From assembly GCA_010015805.1 (NCBI GenBank), contig ML978122.1:2824453-2888452 (forward strand): 64,000 nucleotides of DNA, in the 5' to 3' direction. This DNA comes from Rhizodiscina lignyota (Eukaryota). How positions within the stretch are numbered: position 1 is the stretch's first letter; each line of letters opens with the position of its first letter. Below, piece by piece: positions 47,071 to 58,352 of this stretch. Made by a program: the position numbers and the translations under genes. The notes beneath the pieces were generated by a model. That model was not told the DNA's origin and ran no database searches. It saw nothing but the letters and a program-made list of their open reading frames with translations.

Positions 47071-47952
47071 TCATTTCTTGTGCGGGAGCTGCCCACAGAG
47101 AACAACATCGTCGCCCATCTGTTGCCATCTCGTGTTCGTGAGTCGTCCAACGGCCGAAGCGTTCCCCTGCTCTGCACTTTTCCTCTCCGGTGAAACCACA
47201 ACTCCCCCTTGGCCCAGCCACGTCGGCGCGATCGTGATAATCACCAAGTTAACCAACTCTTGATACTCTTCCCTCAACAATTCATTAATAACGCGCTGAC
47301 CCCCCTCGACCATCAAGCTATCCAAACCCTCCCTCTTCAACATCGCCAGTACATCTCCCCAATCCAACCTCTTCTCCTCCGTCTCCTTATTCGTCCTCGG
47401 CTCCACCATCAAAACTTTCCCTCCAACCCCCTCCAACAACCGATCAATCGCGTTCACCCGTCCCAGCACCTCCGAATCATCCGTCCACGCCATAACTACC
47501 CACGGCCCCCGTCCCCTCCTCTCCCTGGCAAGCTTCATCACCTTACTCCCCTCTGCAACATCCAGCCACCGACCCTTCGGATCCACAATCACCGGCCTTG
47601 GCTGCATATTCAGCCCTCGCCCGCCGTACCCGCCCACGCCCTCGAGCCGGCAGTTCAGACTCGGGTCGTCTGCCAGTGCCGTGCCGATGCCCACGAGGAT
47701 GCCGTCGTGCCGCGCGCGTAGGTAGTGCGTCATGGCTTTGGTTTCGGGGCCGGAAAGGGCGGTTTGAGTTCCTGGCGCCAGGCTGATGGACGAGTCGAGG
47801 GACTGTGCGAAGGTGAGTGTTGTGAAGGGGAAGGGAGTGCTGTCGTCGGGGAGGTAGGGGTTGTGCCATGAGCGGTGGAGGGGGAGGTATGGTTCTAGGA
47901 AGGGACGGGAAGACTGGGGGAAGTGGAGCGCGTCGCGGGGAGGCGGCGACAT
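47071..47952 (-). CDS. RIB7: 2,5-diamino-6-ribosylamino-4(3H)-pyrimidinone 5'-phosphate reductase (riboflavin biosynthesis)
   Basis: PFTTLTFAQSLDSSI, SGPETKAMTHYLRARHDGILVGIGTALADDPSLNCR, PRPVIVD, SLMVEGGQRVI, ITIAPTWLG. Confidence 0.93.
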   Translation of the reverse strand: MSPPPRDALHFPQSSRPFLEPYLPLHRSWHNPYLPDDSTPFPFTTLTFAQSLDSSISLAPGTQTALSGPETKAMTHYLRARHDGILVGIGTALADDPSLNCRLEGVGGYGGRGLNMQPRPVIVDPKGRWLDVAEGSKVMKLARERRGRGPWVVMAWTDDSEVLGRVNAIDRLLEGVGGKVLMVEPRTNKETEEKRLDWGDVLAMLKREGLDSLMVEGGQRVINELLREEYQELVNLVIITIAPTWLGQGGVVVSPERKSAEQGNASAVGRLTNTRWQQMGDDVVLCGQLPHKK

Positions 47953-48486
47953 TGTTTTTCTTTGATGGACAGATTTTCTGAGACTTTGAATTTTTGAGAT
48001 GAGGAGAATATGAGAGATTGTTGATTGAAATTGAAAATCCCGTCACTGTTGTCTTAAACGCGGATGCTTTTCTGATGCCACTGATGTCTTTGAAATCCGT
48101 TGCTCTTTTACTAGAGGGGCATGCCCAAACTAATCAGGAGTGAATGAAAAATAAAAGTTTGTTAGAAAAATGCCCAAATCGAGCATTCATTGTGAAATTA
48201 AAGATTCGTGGAAGATATCCAGTGTAAGACCTCCGAGGCTGCACTAGGCCATATTGGGACAGCTCCTACATATCCCATCTTCAAGTTGCTGTTGAGCTTC
48301 TCCTATGCTTCAAGCTTTCCAAGCTTCTCTCCCTCCGCGGACCTTAAATTGTTCTTCTTGATTGCAAGGCTTCCTTTACCTCAAAAACACACACGACAAC
48401 CTGTGCACTTCGGATCAATTACACACTGTTTATCTGTTTCGTTGCGGCAAAGCTCCGGACCGCTGACGACCACCACATGTGAAGCG

Positions 48487-50176
48487 ATGGCTCGTACGAA
48501 GGCTCTGTTATGGGCTCTCCCCCCAATCTTAGGAGCGCTGGCCGCACTTTTGCTCGAGGGAGCTTCAGCACAGCAAGACCCTCTGATAGACCCGCTAAGG
48601 TATAGGGAAGCATGTCCTGACTACCTTGCATACTCGAAACGTGGACAGTAAGTGGAATTCAAGAAGCATTTCAGTTTTTACTGCTTAAACTTTGTACAGC
48701 CCTCCCAGAAGCGAAGGCGACCTCCACCTCCCCTTCCAACGTCCCTCTCCTCACTGCCGAACCTTTACCTCGTCTCATGTTGAGAAGGTGATCGAAGATA
48801 TGAGCGAGAAGATGCTCGACAAAGACCTTGCGCGCATCTTCGAGAATGCCTTCCCAAATACCTTGGATACAACCGTGCGGTGGCATGTGGATGGGAAAGA
48901 GAGACCTAAGAAGGCCATCCACCCTGATAAAGGCGTATGGGACGGCGCGCAGTCATTCATCGTGACAGGCGACATCAATGCAGAGTGGCTGCGCGACTCG
49001 ACAAACCAGCTAGCACAGTACCAGATCCTTGCGAAGAAGGATCCCGCGATTTCGAACCTCATTTTGGGGGCCATCAACACTCAGGTTGAGTTCGTGATCA
49101 AGTTCCCGTACTGCAACGCGTTCCAACCTCCCGCACCATCAAGGCTACAACCTGTCGGCAACGGACAGACAGATGCAGTGCATCCGAACTACGAACCAGG
49201 CTTTGTGTTTGAGTGTAAGTACGAGCTCGACAGCCTAGCACACTTCCTGAGCTTGGGGAACCAGTACTGGGCGCACACAAAGAACAAAGCTTTCCTGACG
49301 TCGCGATGGTACAAGGCGATCGACACTGTTCTGGAGGTCATTGCACAGCAGAGCAAAGGCACCTTTGAGAAGAATGGGAAATATGTCCAGAACGAGTACC
49401 GATTCCAGCGCCAGACGAACACTGGCACTGAGACGCTGGGCCTGAGTGGTGTTGGGAACCCATTGGCAAATGACACGGGCTTGGTTCGAAGTGCTTTCAG
49501 ACCCAGCGATGATGCTACGATTCTTGGTTTCTTTATTCCAGCCAATGCGTTCATTGCTGTGGAACTGGAGAGGACTGCAGATATGCTGAAAGAGATTGGA
49601 GGAAAAGCGACGCTCGCGGAGACATTGCAGGACCTGTCTGATCGCATCAGAGAGGGTATTTGGGAGCATGGCGTTGTGACGCATAAGAAGTATGGAAAAG
49701 TCTTCGCTTATGAGGTGGACGGCTATGGAGGACAGATCTTGATGGACGATGCGAATCTTCCGAGTCTCTTGGCGCTGCCATTGCTGGGCTTCCTTGATAA
49801 CAGAGAGGAGACGTACCAGAACACAAGGAAGATGATTCTGGAGAAGAGCGGGAATCCGTACTACTTGCAGGGTCGCGAATTCCATGGGATTGGTGGACCG
49901 CACATTGGACTCGAGTACGCGTGGCCGATGAGCTTGCTTGTGCAGGCAATGACGAGCGATGATGATGACGAGATTATGGACAATTTGATGTTGGTCAGAA
50001 ATGCAAGCAGACTTGGTCTGGTGCATGAGAGTATCAACGTCAAGTTCCTTGTGGACTATACGAGACCTTGGTTTGCCTGGGCGAACTCGGTCTTCGCTCA
50101 AACGATTATCAACATCGCGCAGCGCAAGCCGCACCTCCTGTTCGGTGAGGGAGAGCAGGCTTATGTGTTCGAATGA
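48487..50176 (+). CDS. Secreted GH125 exo-alpha-1,6-mannosidase-like protein; intron 48648..48699
   Basis: Signal peptide; LPFQRP, FENAFPNTLDTT, TGDINAEWLRDS, ECKYELDSL, SAFRPSDDA, AYEVDGYG, MDDANLPSLL, GLVHES, RPWFAWANS. Confidence 0.93.
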
Positions 50177-51046
50177 AAGATTACTGGTGTGTTGCGCCTA
50201 CCAAGGACAACGGCAAGGACCAACTCGCCGTGGTATTACCGTACCCCAGGTACCCAGACCGCCTCGTTATCGAACATGTGCCCAAGCTTAGTGTGCTTGA
50301 TATCGCGACTGCCCCACAGAAGATCGAGCTTGGGCCCGAATTCACAATAGAGCTGCGGGCACTGGTGTGATGAGGAACCACACTAACGCTTTATGGGAGT
50401 ATTGGATATAAGTTACTCTGGCAGTAGCTGCGTTGACGTCGCCTCGAGCTATCAGCTCATTACCAGTTCAATCACGAAGAAACGCCTTCAAACTATATCA
50501 TATAGTGAATATTGTCGCTGCGATCGCTGGCTCAGTCAAGGATGCGTCGAATTACACTTGTGCAATACAAGATGGAACCAATACTACTGTATCTCATTCT
50601 GACAATAGTTGCTCTCTCCTGGGCATGAGAGATGGCCTCTTCGGGCTTGCTCCATTGATCATGCTGTTCTGCCGTTGGGAGGTTTATACTGCCGTGAAGA
50701 GCTCAGAAGAATGCGCTTGTTGTTGCTGCATTGGGTAGAGGTCGGGCACGGTTGGATCGCTGCCTTTGTCTCGCTATAGTTCGATTGATCTTTCTATCCC
50801 AATGTCTACCCAAGGAGAGAATCGTAAGTTGATGCACATTTCACGCTTTCACAACAGCGACACAAATGTAGATAGTGTACGACATCACCTCACGCATGAT
50901 ATCATTTCACTATATATACCTTCTACAGTTTAAATTCTCCCTTCTTGTACAGGTATCTCCGCAGTAATTCATTGTGCTCTTCGTCAACGCTGCCTCTTCC
51001 TATGCAATCTACATTAATCTTCTAGGCTTAACTAGGAGATCACACG

Positions 51047-51409
51047 ATGTCTACTCCCTCAACTCCCCCAACTCCCCCAACTCCCCCAACTCCTAGCTTC
51101 TTCGAGGACGAGTTCAGGTGCCTCACGACTCCACCAAACTCAAGCTCCAAGGACGCGAGCTCCAAATATGCGAGTTCCAACGACGTGAGATTCAACGACG
51201 CGAACACTAACGACATCAACTCTAACGACGCGAACTCCGACAACGTCGGCAATCCAGCGGACAAGCTCATTGACGAAAAGACCTTCCCGGGCTTCGAGCA
51301 CGCCGTCTATTGCGCTCGTCTTCTTAAAGAATTCGACAAGCGCAATGCAATATTGGCTCCAACTGCGAAGGAGCAAAAGTATATGAGCGAATACTTCGAC
51401 TTCGATTAG
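51047..51409 (+). CDS. Orphan 120-aa low-complexity ORF
   Basis: ATG in an ACG context, TATA-like tatatata near 50911, C-ending codon bias, internal repeats of 9 and 15 nt that keep the frame. No family recognised. Confidence 0.45.
   Translation: MSTPSTPPTPPTPPTPSFFEDEFRCLTTPPNSSSKDASSKYASSNDVRFNDANTNDINSNDANSDNVGNPADKLIDEKTFPGFEHAVYCARLLKEFDKRNAILAPTAKEQKYMSEYFDFD
51052..51245. repeat. 9-nt (aactccccc) tandem repeat followed by a degenerate 15-nt repeat (aacgacgcgaactcc-like)
   Basis: Read directly; they encode (TPP)n and (NDANS)-like units. Confidence 0.75.
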
Positions 51410-52018
51410 AACTCAAGTAATAGAGAATAAAGGTAGGGTTCAGCATCGAATCCTGGTCATAGACTGCGTCAAGGCACTTTGCTTGGGCGTAACAGTCCTG
51501 CTTACATATATCAGGTTGACCCTCGCGATTTGGGAGCTTTGGATGGACTTTGAATACGGGAATGGGATACTATTGTTGCAGAGGGGATGGCAAATGCAAA
51601 AGCAGCTGACTTGGATTAATGGAAAGCGAATCAATTAAAATCGTACAGAGGTATTAAACATACCCCAGTGCAAATAATCAAATACCATCTAATCTTCAGC
51701 GGTGCTCTCGTTTGTGTTGAAGAAGGGATTTAGTCGTTGGGTTTTGCCGAGCTTGCCTTAAAAGCGACGGAATTAAAGCTGCAAACAATCGGTATCTACT
51801 CTTCAAGGCGTTGGAAATACCGCCTAGAATGGCTTTTCGACTAGTATTTCCAGCAACGCAGTCTTGCGATAGGAGAAAAAGAAATCGGCATCATCCTGCC
51901 ATTACGATGATGATGATAATTATCAGGTAACAACGACGCCGATGCTCATTCAGTAGGACCTTTATCGGAGGTGGAGCATATATAATAGGACCTGTATGAC
52001 ACGAAGTCGATTTTTATG

Positions 52019-52098
52019 AAGTGTCTTTTATCATTATGATACATAGTTTATCACCATTATGAGATGAAGTTTATCATCATTATAATAAGAAGTTTACC
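52019..52098. repeat. Degenerate AT-rich tandem repeat of about 23 nt
   Basis: agtttatcaccattatgagatga / agtttatcatcattataataaga / agtttacc, preceded by a looser copy. Confidence 0.55.
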
Positions 52099-52521
52099 TA
52101 AGTAGACAAGTTGCGTCCGTGCAGACTTTCATTCTTCGAGTGAGATATTCTGCTAGTGGTAGTCTCGTATTCGGTGGTGGTAGTGAAGGGTTGTATGCCG
52201 GAAAACGTAAGCTAGGTGCCGCGTACATATAGTATTTTTGGCTGAGTGGTTCCGTCTCCCTTTTGTTCACAGCGGCGGGCTAAAACATCCAAAGCAAAAG
52301 TGATTGAATCTTTCCTTAAACTGGATCGTAGCACGCTGTTAGCCCCTCAACTGTTCAGTACAGGTATTCAAGCCCACGACGGAGCCCTTGAGGCCAGTAA
52401 GGTCCTTTCAAAATTCTTCATCCTGGTTCGCCATGGAAGTGATAGTGTTGGCTTTCTTTCTACCCTTATACGTAGAAATAGTGTAAATGGCACTATTCCT
52501 ATTAAGGTAAAGTGAACTCTT

Positions 52522-52548
52522 GTCACGTGACTTCGCGACACCGCGTTT
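52522..52548. promoter_or_regulatory. Palindromic E-box GTCACGTGAC plus two CGCG cores upstream of RAD18
   Basis: gtcacgtgacttcgcgacaccgcgttt about 100 nt upstream of the ATG. CGCG cores are typical of MBF/SBF-type elements at DNA replication and repair genes. Confidence 0.4.
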
Positions 52549-52640
52549 CTTCCGTCTAGACTCGAGACACGAATCTCTTCATACATCCTCGCCTTGTTTT
52601 GTATATTGACTCTCACCTTCTAGATTCTTTGCCACATGCC

Positions 52641-54137
52641 ATGGACTCGATTTCGGAAGTTTCTGACCCTACAGACTGGTTACCTACCCCTCTCCCACTC
52701 CTCGCTCCAGTCGATTCGGCGCTACGATGTCAAGTCTGCAAGGATTTCTATGAAACCCCAATGATCACGTCGTGTTCGCACACCTTCTGCTCACTGTGTA
52801 TTCGCAAATGCCTCTCATCGGATGGCCGCTGCCCCGCATGCCGCGAACAAGACCAAGCCAGCAAATTGAGACGGAATTGGGCGATTCAAGAAGTAGTGGA
52901 GTCATTCAAGACAGCAAGACCACAAGTGTTGGACGTTGCAAAGAGAAGGGAAAATGAAGAAGATGGATCCCCAGTTCAAATAAAGGGCAGAAAGCGGAAG
53001 TGGCAAGACGTTGGTGGCGAGCGCGAGGACGCGGAGGGAGCTCGGAAGGCCGCGAGGCAGACACGAAGTCAGAGCCGAAAAGCGACGACTTCTGCAATCT
53101 CGCAGGACATCGTCATTCTCGATAGCGAGGGTGATGATGACTATGATCCGTCGGGGGAAGCTGAGGACTATCCACAACCAGGGGACGGACTTGTTCCATG
53201 TCCTGTGTGCGGAGCGCGAATGAAAGAGGAAGCGGTCTGGTTACACATTGAGCGTTGTGATGGAAATCCACCGAAGAAGCTGAGTGAAGCCAGGTTAGTG
53301 GTATCAATTTTTCGATTTATGTAACCCATGAGCTGAACCAATTCGAGGTCTATCACACCGCAAATCTCTGCTTCTCGTCACAATCGACCTCCTCAGCCAA
53401 ACCTTATTCCTCGATTACCACAACTGAATTACTCTCTGCTCAAGGACGGAGCTCTGAAGAAGAAATTCGACGATCTCGGTATACCTAATTGGGGTTCACG
53501 CGAACTGCTCATCCGTCGTCACACCGAATGGGTGAACTTGTACAATTCCAACGCCGACTCTTCAACTCCGAAATCCAACCGAGAACTGCTCAGAGAGCTG
53601 GACCTTTGGGAGCGCAGCCAGGGCGGAAGAGCGCCAGCGAGGGATGCCTTGTCGAAGAAGAAAGACTTCGATGGTAAAGCCTGGATGGAGGGTAACAAGA
53701 GCCAATTTGACGAGTTGATTCGGGAAGCGAGGAAGAAGCGGCAAGTGCCATCCAAGAAGGAGGGTCAAAAAGAAGAGACTGCAAATGATGGTGGCATTCG
53801 TGCCGGCGAATCTGTTATCAAAGCCAGAACTGCCAACACAGTTGTTCTAGCCCCTTCCACCGACATGGCTATGGGTCATAGAGAGCCATCCTCCATTGGC
53901 CATCAAGACACCCTTGACGTCCCGGTAGAGTCGATCTCATCACAAACGCTACCAGGGGCGGAGCCAACACCAACACTACCGACGCCTAACACCCCTTCCA
54001 AAGCGGAAAGGTCTCCAAATATGCCGTCCGCATTGCCTGGACAGTTGGCATTATCTTCCACCAAGAAGATGCCCATGTTTGCTATGCCATCAGAACCGAT
54101 ACGAGATGGGGATGGGATTGAGGACTCTACTCAATGA
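52641..54137 (+). CDS. RAD18: Post-replication repair E3 ubiquitin ligase Rad18; one intron, most likely 53294..53347
   Basis: SDPTDW; RING LRCQVCKDFYETPMITSCSHTFCSLCIRKCL...CPAC; UBZ CPVC...HIERC; SAP region RLPQLNYSLLKD...LGIPNWGSRELLIRRHTEWVNLYNSNADS. Confidence 0.95.
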
Positions 54138-54667
54138 ACAGATGTTGAAGGGCTTGAACAATTCGAGTTGTAAGGCGACCGAGGTGTCTAAATGTACAGA
54201 AGCATAAATCTATTGGCTTCCAGGAACGGTCACGCTTGCTCTGAAGGGCAGAAATCGGGCGTGATGCGGAATGCCAATTCTCACGAAGCCCATCATAGTA
54301 AGGCATTAAACGAAATGTAACATCGGCTAAAATTTATGAGGAAACATCATTGAATCATAGGTTTTGATACCTAAACAGTATCAAATTACACCTACAATGC
54401 TAATTGAAGCGTAGTCGCCCGTCTAACGACCTAGGGTTTGGGGTAATGACAAGATCTGTTTTCCTTGATTTTGGGCTCCAGCTCAATTGCTCTGCTTGTT
54501 TTATTCTGGCCGGACCTGTCGCCTTGTTGGGCTCCTGAGTCGCCCTCAGTTGGTATATCATTTCGTCTCTTGAGCGGAATTTCTTCATTTACGTATTTCC
54601 CGATATTTTCCACCCCATAGATTCTTCACAAATTCCACGTCGCCACAGTTCGCCGCCGCATCAAAAC

Positions 54668-55399
54668 ATGGCACCTGAAGACATCTCAAGTCACCATTCT
54701 GACAATCAAGTCGGAACGAATGCAGACCCTCACGCCTCTGCAGTTCCAACATACTCAGATCCCTCACAGACAGGAAATGCTCCAAAACGGGCACAGTCCG
54801 CTCCAGCTCCAACAGACAACTCTGCTACCAATTTTCCGGAGCCGATAGTATTTGATCCAACACTTACACTTCAGGCTTCCACGTTCACTCAAGAGCAGGT
54901 GTCCGAAGGTTCAAAGCAAAATGAACCAACCCAAAAGGACTGGGATTTCGCGACAACGCTAAAGCTTTGGAAAACTCTTCAGTGTTTGCTGAGGGGCGAG
55001 AAAGTCGAGAGTATCGATGGTATTGACACCACACAGAATCCGAGTGCGGAAAACATTGCGGAAGATGCAGAAAAATGGACACGCCACTTTCCGATTCAAA
55101 TGATTGCGCTCGCCAAATTGTGGCTCGAGGACGAACTCTACTTGATAATGATGAAGAGCGCGATCTGTGAGCTGAAAGAGACAACTTCTCTGGAAAAGCG
55201 AAATAAAATTAGGTTGGAGGAATGTCTCATTCACATGAGATTCAGAATTGTGGGAATTTGGAGTGTGCAAGATCGATATATTCTGCTTCTGTTCAATCAC
55301 GCACCAATTACGACAGTTCACCATGTTCAAAATCTTATTTCGGGAGTCAGATCGCTGTGTCAGCGATTGAAAGGTTTTCCTGAATGGCGCATCATTTGA
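54668..55399 (+). CDS. Hypothetical 243-aa protein
   Basis: ATG in an AAC context and an uninterrupted ORF with a disordered N-terminal half and helical C-terminal half. No family recognised. Confidence 0.5.
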   Translation: MAPEDISSHHSDNQVGTNADPHASAVPTYSDPSQTGNAPKRAQSAPAPTDNSATNFPEPIVFDPTLTLQASTFTQEQVSEGSKQNEPTQKDWDFATTLKLWKTLQCLLRGEKVESIDGIDTTQNPSAENIAEDAEKWTRHFPIQMIALAKLWLEDELYLIMMKSAICELKETTSLEKRNKIRLEECLIHMRFRIVGIWSVQDRYILLLFNHAPITTVHHVQNLISGVRSLCQRLKGFPEWRII

Positions 55400-55585
55400 G
55401 ACATTCAATTCAGGGATGGAAGATAGGCTTGGATCGCCAACTAATTAACACGATGCGTTTCTAGTCTACCTTTCCAGTTCTAAGGTCATTTCGTGATCCT
55501 TAGGTGAACCTTCTCTACGTACAACCTTACGCGAATAACAAGTTTTTAATAGTGACCTTTGCTTTACAGTAGACTCCTTAAAGGC

Positions 55586-57539
55586 TCACGCTCCGCCGCT
55601 ACTAGCCTTTTTGAGAGCATCGCCGTGAAGCTTCTTCCAGCTGCCAAATGCGCCAATAAATGTTGACACGCCGTATGCTGTGATCGTAATGGCAAAGACG
55701 GCTTTCAATCCAGTCATGTAGGCATCGACCACAAAGGGCACTTGCGTGGGTGTGAAGGCTGTGCGGATCTGCGTTGCACCAGTCGCTAGCGCCGTCGCTG
55801 GATTGATGTTTGGGAGTGATTTTGCCAACGCTTCGACGACCTGGTTATTGAAGGCCGATTGTGCTGCCGAGATGAAGAAGGACGCGCCGACCGTCAGAAA
55901 GACTGCACAACAAGTTCAGCGCGACACATTGCTTACGTTGTGAGGTGGACTTACAATTGATGATGGCCGTGACCTGCGACATGTCTTCGGGCGAAGCGTG
56001 GACTTGTCCATTAGAGAGCGCAACCTGGAATGTGTAGCCGCTCGTAAAGCCAACGATAATCTGGTACCCAATCCATTTTCCAGTTGTTGTATGAGCGTCC
56101 ATGGTGTAGAACAGGCCACAGCCAATACTGCCGAGTGCGCCACCAATGATCCAGAACAAGGGTACGATGCCAACCTTAGACAACGTGATCCCTTGGAGAA
56201 TGGCGGTAATGGTCAATGGTATGATGAGCGCAAGCATTTTGACGCCAGACCCTATGGGACTATTGTTGTAGACACTCTGAAAGTAGATCGGCAAGTAATA
56301 GAGGATGGTGAAGTAAGCTCCGCCAAAGAAAAACATAAAGATGGAGCCGACCCAGACATAGCGTTTAAGAAACTACAGTGGCTGAAGTTAGCACATCACG
56401 TCGAGCATATAGACGGACCGCGACCTACGAGCCGTGGAACGACCATTGCCCGCTCCTTTTGATAGAACTCCCATGCGATAAAGAATAGGAAGATGACAAA
56501 AGATCCGACCAGCAGGCCTATGACAGTGCTACTCTTCCATGGATGTGTTTGACCGCCGTATTGCATGGCCAGAATATATGAGACGATCAAGCCCATCATC
56601 AAGGCCGCGCCGACAAAATCCATTTGCAGCATCTTCTCCTTAAATGTAGCATCCACTGGCCTCGCAATCGCCGGGGTCTTGAAAAAGAGGAGAACGATGA
56701 TTGCTGCCAGTCCGCCGATAGGCAGGTTGATGTAAAAACACTATCACATGTCAGTAAAAGCTCGTCGTGAGCAAAATGCCTTGACATACCCAGCGCCATG
56801 TCACTTTGTCCGTGAACGCCCCGCCAAGGAGTGGTCCCAGAACTGCGGCGATACCATATGTTGCGCCTGTAAAGCCCAAGAGTGCCGGGCGATTCGCGGG
56901 AGCTGCAGCGAATGCAAGTATGGTGAAAACACCAACCACGACACCGGCTCCACCAAAGCCTGCGACTGCCCGACCGACAATCAAGGTTGTGGGATTTTGT
57001 GCAACACCGCAGACGAGACTGCCGACCTCAAAGACTAGCATGGCAACGAGGAACCATAGCTTTAGAGGGAAGTATTTGAAGAACTTGCCCCATACCGATT
57101 GAAATCCTGCCTGTATTAGCAATAGCCATCGTGAGTTGGAAAACTGAGCGGTCGCAGCATCGCGATCTCAGTAGAATATATTCTCTAGCTTTTGATCAGC
57201 GATCTCTCATGCGAACGCTGCAGGATGACGTCTTACTACCGCCAAAAGTCATAAAGTATGCTGATCCATACCATGAGACCTTGGTCAAATCATGAAACTC
57301 ATCCGTGATCTTAGGAATAGCCGTACTGAGGATGGTCTAGGAACAGCTTTGTAAGCTTGGCAGGATATTGGATGCATGCGACTTACATTGTCAAGTGAAA
57401 TTAGGAACATGGCAAGCATGAGCGATATGACGAGGGCAGCGAGGCGCGCGCCATGCGGATAGTCAATAGAGGCCGCCCCTTCGGATTCTGCGATCTTGAC
57501 ACTCGGGGAGCTCTCTTTATCTTCCAAGTCGAATGCCAT
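55586..57539 (-). CDS. MFS drug/toxin efflux pump (14 TM, DHA2, GliA/AflT-like); introns 57337..57386, 57107..57239, 56741..56789, 56373..56428, 55903..55954
   Basis: [103 protein letters not shown]. Confidence 0.93.
57107..57239 (-). other. Candidate [D3,4] spliceosomal twin intron (internal intron 57185..57236 nested in the donor of the external intron)
   Basis: Minus strand reads GTA[GTAAGA...GCTGAT...TAG]AGA...GCTAAT...CAG; removing the bracketed 52 nt rebuilds the donor GTAAGA. Confidence 0.65.
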
Positions 57540-58352
57540 TGTGTGCGACTGTTGCAAGGTCTCGTCGGTTGCCTCTAGCTTCTCTGGGTCTAACGACTAC
57601 GCAGTCGATAACGGGCGGAGATGAAGGCATTGACAATGTCGAGACCACTCATGATATATATGCTGGCTTCGACCGGGTTGGAGCGCAAGGAATTGTGATT
57701 GCTATCTTTCAAGCGTGCACATACGGGCAAGAGTTTCTAGCGGCATGATCCAAGTACTTGTTCGTCCGAAATACTCTATGAAGACTTTACGAATCTCGGA
57801 CCGTAGCCATCGCACCGATTCGTGTCTCTGCTGGCCTAAACTGGTGGTCTTCAAGCTGGCCTCTACGACGTGGCGCATTCAATGCAGGACATCGCTGTGA
57901 ATTGTTAAACTCAAGTAATCGCGAAGGAAGAGCACCATAACCTCTCATTAGGTGACCGCGTCGGCCATTGCCCGTCACCTTACCCGCAGCAAATCGAGAG
58001 TCAAGCACGACATCAGGTCCACTGAGAGAATCCAGCCGCAGTTGTGTGACATCCGAGAAAGGATGATCACAAGTGACCGTAGTTCGATTCGGTCGAGGCC
58101 GAACCTCAGAGTCCGGGGCGCCAAGATTCAGGAGGCCTTCGTCCGACCAGCTAGCCCCTGACCCACTCCATATCGGTCGAGATTATTAAGCAAGTCTCAA
58201 CGCAGTTGAGTTCGGCCGAATGATAGATTGATATCTCCGAGTCGAGCACTTCGTGTCAGGACACAGCTTCGTCAATGATCACTTGCTGACTGCAAACACG
58301 TGCTTGTGTATTGCTTATACAGTTGTGCTTGCGACGTGTCCTTTGAGTTATC

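Noticed and set aside
49235..50134. 299-aa minus-strand ORF
   Set aside because: Antisense shadow of the GH125 exon.
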